A stretch of 64,000 bases of DNA from Lama glama (lineage: Eukaryota). The translations under genes and the position numbers were made by a program. The notes under the pieces are model-generated. The model was not told the DNA's origin, made no database searches, and saw only the letters and a program-made list of their open reading frames with translations. This document shows positions 62,049-64,000 of this stretch, in pieces (the first letter of the stretch is position 1; each line of letters begins with the position of its first letter). The stretch spans positions 5,084,001 through 5,148,000 of the forward strand of contig CM052850.1 of NCBI GenBank assembly GCA_028534125.1, given 5' to 3'.

Positions 62049-64000
62049 TTTCCACTTTTATTGTAGCATTTCCAGTTCTGTTTCCTCTAGGTGGGCTGAC
62101 CTCCAACTTGCCCTTCCTGATCCTGGCTGGCCTCCCTGGGGAGCAGGATTTCCCAGCTCAGAAGTGAAGGCAAGGACTGAGGGCAGGGAACTGCCCCTCA
62201 TCCTCTTGGGAGGTGGAGAGAGCACCCTGAGAAGATGGAGAAGCAAACCTAAGGAGAAGTTTGCAAGCATCTCTCTCCTCCTTCAGATGTTTTGGGTGGT
62301 AAGATGCCACCTAAAAAACTAGTTCTAGTCTCTGGGCAAATTCAAGGGTTCTTGTGGATCTTGGGAAAACTTAAAAAGGCCAATACAAGAGCTGGATGAG
62401 AAAAAACCAGGGGGACTGGTTTCTTATGACTTCTCATTAAGCTTAGGATTTAAGGGAGAGAAAAAAAAAGCAGGGCTCTGAAATTTCCTTTCAAGATTGC
62501 CAGTGCAGTTCGCTATGGCAGGAAAGCTGATGGAGGTCTGGAGGGGCAGCGTATATCTCGCCTGGCGGGTCCTCTGAATTTTGCGTATGGCCCTTGGGAA
62601 TCAGTTTGGCAGAGCAGGTAAGGCAACAGCAGGAAGACAAAACTGATAGCAAATAATTCCTCCATTGCAAATATGGACTGCTCCACCGGGCCATCAAGCA
62701 CTCCACATGCAGCCTCCCCTGACCTCCTTTCCCGGGGGGTGTAGTGCAAAGAGCTCGGCCCACGAGCCAGGCAGCCCTGGATTTGAATTCTGCCTTCACT
62801 GCTAATTAGCTGGGTGGGCTCAGTCTCCAATCCATAAAATGCTGATGATAGAAACCCCCCCCTTATCCCTGAGTTGCAGTGAGGGGCCATTGAGATTCTA
62901 GTTGTGCAGCACTTAGCATCGTGCCTGGCATATTGTAGGCCCTAAATGAATGTCAACTTTCGTCATGACTCACCAGTACCCTCTACTCTAAGGAAACCGA
63001 CTGTTGGACTGTAGCTCTGAAAGCAGGCACGGGATGTGTTTTGCTTACCGTTGTGCTTTTGGTGCATGCTCAGTGCCTAAAGAAACAAATCTCTTCACTC
63101 CAAGAACCCTTTCAGTGCATGTTGGGTCCATTGTGAGCTTGGCTGAAGTCCCCGTGAAACCAGCTTGTGTTGCTCTTGGTCTCCAAGGAACTCCCCCAGC
63201 ACATGATTCAGCCCCCAGGTAGCCAGGGGTTTGCACAGTTGTCTTGTTGCACTGCATGTGGTGGCCGTGTCCTTCAGTGATGTCCAACATTTGCGGAACA
63301 TTTGCTATGAGCAGGAGCGTGGGTTAAAGCCCCAGGCAGGAAGTCAATTCCTTAGACTCAGGACCTAGCTCTGATACTTCTTCCCCTGCCTGGGACCCAG
63401 GGCTGGAAAGTGCCCAGCTTGTCCCAGACCTGAGGGAAACTGCCTGTCCTTACGTGCTGGTTCTTTTGACACATGACACAGAGGGATGCTTTATAGAAGC
63501 CTCTCGTTCTGAGGTCCCAGGAGACATGGTTTCTGGCACTTAGAGCTTCCCTGCTCCTCGTATCTTCGAGTTGATGGGACAGCTGTGCAGGAGATTTATA
63601 TCATTGCTGATTTGTCTCAAAAAAACATGAAGCAGCACTCAGAATATCCTTCCCATAAGAGCAGCATTCACATGTCGGTTGGTGCCTCTTTCAGATACCG
63701 TAGGGCCATTCCTTAAAAGATGTCCCTTCTTTTTCTTTTGTTCTGAAATTGCCAAAGCCAGTGGTAGAAGCTGGAAAAGGTCCGCTGACTTTCTTTCTCC
63801 CTTTCTTCTCTGAAGAAAAAATCAAGGGCAATGTCTTTTGAAGGCAGGCCTGGGGAGGTGGCACCCACACCTGCATGTCTCCTGCCGTCAGTTTCAGTCG
63901 CAGGCCCACTTTCCGATGCAGGGCCACCCTTCTCAGCTCTGATGGGGCCAGGAGCCACTGTGACCCTCCAGGGACCCCTCCCTGCAGCTTCCGAGTCAGG

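Noticed and set aside
56000-64000. SEC16B coding exons expected downstream by synteny
   Set aside because: No recognisable SEC16B-coding sequence found; it probably begins beyond the window

Overview
Mammalian genomic DNA, almost certainly camelid: nine copies of a tRNA-derived Vic-1-type SINE are present. It has four assembly gaps. The window contains one protein-coding gene on the + strand, an intact 10-exon quinone oxidoreductase-like protein 2 (CRYZL2/QORL2, zeta-crystallin-like MDR family). Its CDS runs 31314..55879 (1062 nt, 353 aa), all introns are GT-AG with consistent phases, and it starts from a CpG island with stacked GC boxes. From recollection, the human orthologue is the pseudogene CRYZL2P, next to SEC16B. 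The first ~31 kb and last ~8 kb are intergenic, with ancient repeats (L1M, L2, MIR, MLT1, MER5, MER2, CR1/L3), lineage-specific SINE and L1 3' ends, and several motif-dense repeat-free stretches that may be enhancers. The ORF track is mostly noise apart from exon overlaps. I cannot demonstrate a wholly new biological system. The best leads are: a possible CRYZL2 read-through architecture (internal donor in the last exon, no nearby poly(A) signal, a frame-compatible downstream exon); a substitution in a family-conserved motif; an L1 3' transduction polyadenylated inside a captured MaLR LTR; an orphan retroposed insert; and repeated re-use of the same retroposon target sites. Repeat family names and repeat boundaries are by eye and approximate.
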